In this document: piece after piece, positions 58,613-64,000 of the stretch | Layout of the letters: each line of letters starts with the position of its first letter | Numbering within the stretch: position 1 is the stretch's first letter | From: Somniosus microcephalus | Taxonomy: Eukaryota | NCBI GenBank assembly: GCA_052327205.1 | Contig: CM126212.1 | Location: 204,910,001 to 204,974,000 of the forward strand | Length of the DNA: 64,000 nucleotides | Direction of reading: 5' to 3' | Notes under the pieces: model-generated | The model's input: only the letters and a program-made list of their open reading frames with translations | Database searches by the model: none | What the model was told of the DNA's origin: nothing | Translations under genes and position numbers: made by a program

Positions 58613-60372
58613 TCTTCCTTTTTCCTCAAGCAAGGATTCTCCTCCACTGTGGTTGACAGGGCCCTCGACTGTGTCCGTCCCATTTCCTGTACTTCTGCTC
58701 TCACCCCTTCCCCTCCCTCCCAGAACCACGATAGGGTTCCCCTTGTCCTCACCTTCCACCCCAGCAGCTTCCATATTAAATGGATCATCCTCCACCATTT
58801 CCGCCACCTCCAATGTGATCCCGCCACCAAACACATTTCCCCCCCCCTTTCAGCATTCCGAAGGGACTGTTCCCTCCACGACACCCTGGTCCACTCCTCA
58901 ATCATCCCAACACCCACTCCCCTTCCCACAGCATCTTCCTGTGCAAGCGCAAGTGTTGCAACACATGCCCTTTTACCTCCTCCCTTCCCACCGTCCAGGG
59001 CCCCAAACACTTTTTCCAGGTGAAACAGCAATTTACTTGTACTTCTTTCAATTTAGTATACTGCTCTACATTGGGGAGACCAAACGCAGATTGGGTGACC
59101 ACTTTGCGGAACACCCCTTTCAGTCTGCAAGCGAGCCCCTGGGCTTCCTGTCACCTGTTATTTTAATTCTCCACCCCATTCCCACTCTGACCTCTTTGCT
59201 CTTGGCCTCCTACACTGTTCCAATGAAGCTCAACGTAAGCTCGAGGAACAGCACCTAATCTTTCTATTAGCCTTCCAGATTCAACATTGAGTTCAACAAT
59301 TTCAGACCATAACTTCTGCTCCCATTTTTTTGGACGGCAGCTATTGCTATTTGCACCTCCGCTAGACCCATCTTTTGTTTCTTTACTTGTCCCATTACCA
59401 TCCCCTTTTGCCTTGCACCATCATCCCTTTCGTCATTTAATCTCTCCTGCCTTCCACCCTATCACAAACCTTCCCTTTTGTTTCCCTCCCCCCTTTCCCT
59501 GCCTCTGCACTTGCTTAAAATCTGTTACATCTCTAACTTTTTCCAGTTCTGCTGAAAGGTCATCGACCTGAAACGTTAACTCTGTTTCTCTCTCCACAGA
59601 TGCTGCCGGACTGGCTGGGTATTTCCAGCATTTTCTGCGTCTATATAAATGCAAGTTGTTGTTGTTGTAATTACTGATAGAATACCATCATAGTTTCTGG
59701 ATGGCATAAACATTGCAAGGACACCAACGCCAACGAAGACAGAAGCAGCATCAATCTCAGTGTCGTGCCGAGAGCCTAATTATTTTAGTATGGCAGTAGA
59801 AGTCATTCTGGGCCCCTGAGAAAGCAGTTAGCAGACATTAAGCACCAGCGTGTACAATTTTAAAACTCTAAACTTGCATAGATTATTTGATAAATTAATT
59901 CAGAAAGCTAATGAAAACATGGTACAAATTAACTTAAATATGTGAATCACTCATCATTTTAGACTTTTTTGGCATTTTCTCAAATGGAATAAATCAAGCA
60001 ATGTAATGAAAGAATGGAATAAATATGATAATATTCATAAAAGATTAGCTGATGATTTGAGCCGATATGCATCTTTGGTTTTTGGAATGACAATTTGCTA
60101 AATTGGAGGAGGGTTAAATTGCAATTTAAAACCCCCCACATTTTTGTCAAATATAGCCGTTGTTACTCTAGGAACAGCTGGTTAAATTAATTGCATAATT
60201 CAACGGCAACACTGGATAATGCTGCCCAGCATTACATTAGGTGGAATTACAAGCTGTTCGGTCTTTAAAAAAAAAAATGGCCTGTTTTTCAGTCCTGCAA
60301 TTTCACCATGTGAAGCCCAATTTGTATTTATCTCTAATACAAACAGAAAATACTGCAGATGCTGGAAATCTG

Positions 60373-60547
60373 AAATAAAAACAGAAAATGCTGGAGAAAC
60401 TCAGCAGGTCAGGCAGCATCTGTGAAGAGAGAAACAGAGTTAACGTTTCAGGTCGATGGCCCTTCGACCTGAAACGTTAGCTCTGTTTCTCTCTTCACAG
60501 ATGCTGCCAGACCTGCTGAGTTTCTCCAGCATTTTCTGTTTTTATTT
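60373..60547. repeat. Inverted repeat of Penelope-like termini (84-bp arms, 7-nt loop)
   Basis: 60373-60456 is the reverse complement of 60464-60547 with about 2 mismatches. Confidence 0.9.
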
Positions 60548-62435
60548 TATATTATATTGTATTTATCTTGCAGTTGTCATGTTTTCAGTCCATTCTATTT
60601 CTACTGAGCCTGCTGCTTTAAAGGCCATTGTAAATTTGGAAAATAAAGCCTGACAATAATGAATTCAAATTATTTTTCCCTCCAGCTTCATACGTCCATT
60701 ATAAAATTCCAAATGGCATTTCTAATTATATCTGTTATGAGTTCGGGTCTGCTGTACATATCTCGTCAGCTTCAGTGGCATTAGTCGCGCTCATAAGTGG
60801 TCTAAGCACCTTACTTTTGTAGGCGTCGACTCACACTGCCCTATATTTACTTGTATAATAGCATGACCTCGGGTATAACAAGAGCAACCCAAACCAGATA
60901 TTCATGTCTTTCTCACGTGCGTTTTTCTTCAGTGTCTCCGACGGCAGACTGAACAAATATTTCCTGAGATAAGGCCTGATACAAATCAATAAGCTGCTTT
61001 ATTTCACATTAAGGTGAACATAAGGAATAGCAGTTACGACTGAACTCACCTAATTCAATCAGTACAATTTTATCTTGGCGCAATAATACAAAACTGCTTT
61101 TCTCTGGTGGCAGGTAGGTGACTTACTCTCAAGATTCTGTCAATATATTGCATTAAGCTGCACTGCAAACTGCATAATAGTGGCCTTCTGTGAATTGCAG
61201 TCTGATTTTTCCCTCTTGGGAAATGTCTGGATTCGAATGAACCCCTCCCAGTAATGGTACTCGCTGCAAGGGAGATTCCAGGTGCACACTTGCATTCTTC
61301 TGCTCCTTGGTAATTCTCAGATACAATTCAATAAATCAGTTACTACAAGTACACAGCAATGGTAGTGAAAGTCAACCTACTTTATGTCATTGTTGATGAT
61401 TGTTACCGGTTATGTCCATAAAAATGGATGAACTTTGAAATTCTGCAATAATTACAGTTGCAAGTGCATCTTACTTCAAATAAACACATTTACCCTGAAT
61501 TTCCTTGGGTCCTGGTCTGGAAACCCCCCAAAAACAACCAGCATACTGAGGTATATCGGCCCCCTTATAAAGAGGGTCCATAGGCAATATTTAAAAAAAA
61601 GCTTTGCAGTCAAATACACTGGTTGGCCTCCTGAGCAGCTTGCGAGCACCGATTTCCCTCCATAGCTGCCCTCCTCTAGCAGGTCTATCCTGGCACAGTA
61701 CCTCCTTTCAATGACCTATGCTAGCAGATGTTTGCTGTTCCAAGTGTTCTTGGCTGCAGCTAAATATTCCACCAATTACTACTCAAGTTGGGCCCCAAAT
61801 ACTGAAGTGCAAAATGGTACATTTCACATCTCTTTATTTCCTGTACATAATGATTCAATTTTTACACCAGTTAAACCCCTCTGTCCTATAATGTAGAACA
61901 TTGGCAAACATTAAAATGCATTCTACAAATACATTCTACAATACCTGTAATAATATCTGGTAATGCTTGTCTTGCTGTGCCAAGCCCCTCTCTCTCTCAG
62001 CCCTCCTTCTCTCTCTGAACCTCCCTCTCTTCCCCTTTTATGCACCCTTCCTATCTATTTCTCTTAAAGAGGCTTTGTTTGCTTTCAAAATTCAATTCTC
62101 TTTTTAAGAAAACGATCAAATTAGAATGAGGAAAGAAAATTGTCTGTCTACCTTTCTGTCTCTGTCTGTCTGTCTCTACCTCCCTTTGTCTCATGTGCGT
62201 TGGAAATCTCACAGATGAAAGCCTTTAGCATTGGGCTTTTCTATCCATCAGTCAAAACAAGTGGAGATAAACGAGTTGGCTTCAAAGTTCAACTAGTGTT
62301 TTTTTCCAAAAATTTATTATTAAGAAAGGCACCTTCTCACATCCCTTGTGTCTCCCTCTCACAGTCTTTCTATCTGTCTTGGAAGTTCGCAGAACACCAA
62401 ACAAAACAAGAACAGGTGTATAATTAGTACATTAA

Positions 62436-63064
62436 GGGGGGAAAATTGGCTCGCGCCCCCTTTGGGGCGATAACTTCATTTAGCGCCCTGAAAAAGTTAG
62501 CGCCCCCGCACTCAAAATTCAACGGAAGCACCCCAAGCAGGAGGCAGGGCGCTACTGGAAACACTTCCCCTCCCTCTTGGGGGCGCTCCCATGGAATATC
62601 GCAGCGCTATGTGCAGCAGCGCCACACGCGCCGGCACGTAGCACTGCGGTACTGCAGGCCTCCCTCCCCTGCTGGCCCACCAGGGAGCGGGGTACCAGCA
62701 AAAGAGCCCAGCACTCAAGAGGAGTGCTGGGCTGACGGATCACGGCCGGCACACCGCAGCAGGAGGCCAGAGGGGGCAGGTGCTGGCAGGCGGCCTAAAA
62801 AAAATGGCTGCCTGGCACCTGCCCTTTAATTATCGCCGCCTCAGCCATAAAAGCGCACCCTGACCTTGTCGGACATAGCGCCAGGTGGTAGGTCAGGGGG
62901 CGCGAGCCAAGTTTGCGGCTGGGGCGCGAGTGGGGCATTGCGCACGGCGATTACGTTATCGCTGGATGCACAGCGCCGTGGGACGCTACCGGCTACCGCC
63001 GCCGCTAACCTCCTGATGAATTTTGGTGCCACACCCAGGCGCAAAGCAACCGAATTTCCCCCCC
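62436..63064. mobile_element. CpG-rich Harbinger-type MITE
   Basis: Termini gggggggaaaattgg / cgaatttccccccc; high CpG content suggests a young insertion. Confidence 0.65.
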
Positions 63065-64000
63065 TTTTTTTTCCTCACTGTCACTCCTTCTCTCCTCTGC
63101 TATTCACACCCTTCCTCTCCTCCATGCATCACATAGTGAAATAATATTTTTACTTGGACACTTGCAGAACAGCATCTCTACAGAGCATAAACAGTTCCTT
63201 TAAAAGTGCTCCACATGTTGTTCCAGCTAGTTCCCTGGCAGAAGGTTGATATTTTAGAATACAACAGGGTAAGCTGCAGCTTTTCAAAGAAAGCTGTTTT
63301 ACTCATATATGATACTGCTCCTCAGACTCAGATTCAATTCCTTGTAAGATAAGACAACAGCTGCAATATTTTAAAGTAGGTTACAGGAATAAAATGACAT
63401 GAGCAGCAGAGAACACTGCATAGAATAATTAGTTTCTAATCCCAGTGATGAAGTTGACAACCATTTCTTCGGGCCAAGAGGTGGTGTCACAATATTCATT
63501 ATACTCTAATAAAGCTCAGAGCTTTGATGAGAGAAACAGTAATGTTGTTAAATAGATTTAGTGTGACTTTTCTTTCTCATTATATACACACCGCACTCAA
63601 TGCAGAAGAGTCCACGATGGACCTGGTGCCTTTTAGATTAGCTCAGCTGTCACAAACCTAACTTTTCCACCAGAGACAACCAAAAGGCAGAAATAATTGA
63701 GAATGAAGTTCATTTAAATGTTCAGTGGAAATTGCAGTAACATTAAATAAGGAATTAGCATTCACACGTTGCTTCAGTTTTGTTAAGCACATTCTAGCAT
63801 CTATCATGTACTACAGTCAATGTAGGCGATAATGAAGGGGTTTCTAATTTATGCAAATCTGTAATGACTATCTGGTAACTGCAAGGAAAACCAAACCACT
63901 AAGGAGTTGTCACATTCTGGAAAATAATGACAACCCTGAGTGGAAAAACAAATTATCTAAAAGGCTAAAGGGATGTGCCAGGATATAATGTAGGGGGGAA

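Larger units (their letters stand above)
53440..59640 (+). mobile_element. Penelope-like element split by a CR1 (pieces 53440-53580 and about 58613-59640)
   Basis: PADSHSYLDY...SQFLRLGRICS continues into FLKQGF...RVPLVLTFHP and LYIGETKRRL; TSD ctata(c/t)aaatgcaa at 53426 and 59641. Confidence 0.85.

Noticed and set aside
58212-59258. 348-aa novel ORF
   Set aside because: Chance read-through of antisense CR1 ORF1 into off-frame Penelope sequence.
62436-63064. CpG-island promoter
   Set aside because: Bounded by MITE-like inverted termini; better explained as a young element.
25815-64000. Upstream SYN2 exons and the nested TIMP gene expected in synapsin loci
   Set aside because: I could not find sequence encoding the preceding exon (YKLWVD...GKDYI) or a TIMP by eye; they probably lie beyond the window, but a miss is possible.

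Overview
Repeat-dense vertebrate DNA, almost certainly from a cartilaginous fish (HE1-type V-SINE, Deu-domain SINEs, abundant CR1, Penelope and Harbinger elements). The whole window appears to lie inside the 3' part of a synapsin II (SYN2) gene on the minus strand. Three coding exons are visible: 25814-25665, 24164-24098 (read through to the SYN2b stop at 24030) and the SYN2a exon 8819-8540. The introns are filled with nested transposable elements. The most striking feature is a young, TSD-flanked Gypsy LTR element (1210-3784). Its RT/RNase H/integrase region is replaced by about 133 codons of the cellular gene RALBP1, fused in frame to Gag-protease. A second, even younger Gypsy element (32452-35964) carries one uninterrupted 871-aa Gag-protease-integrase ORF from which RT and RNase H were removed in frame at nearly the same position. 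Family and gene assignments come from recognising motifs by eye; no database search was run.
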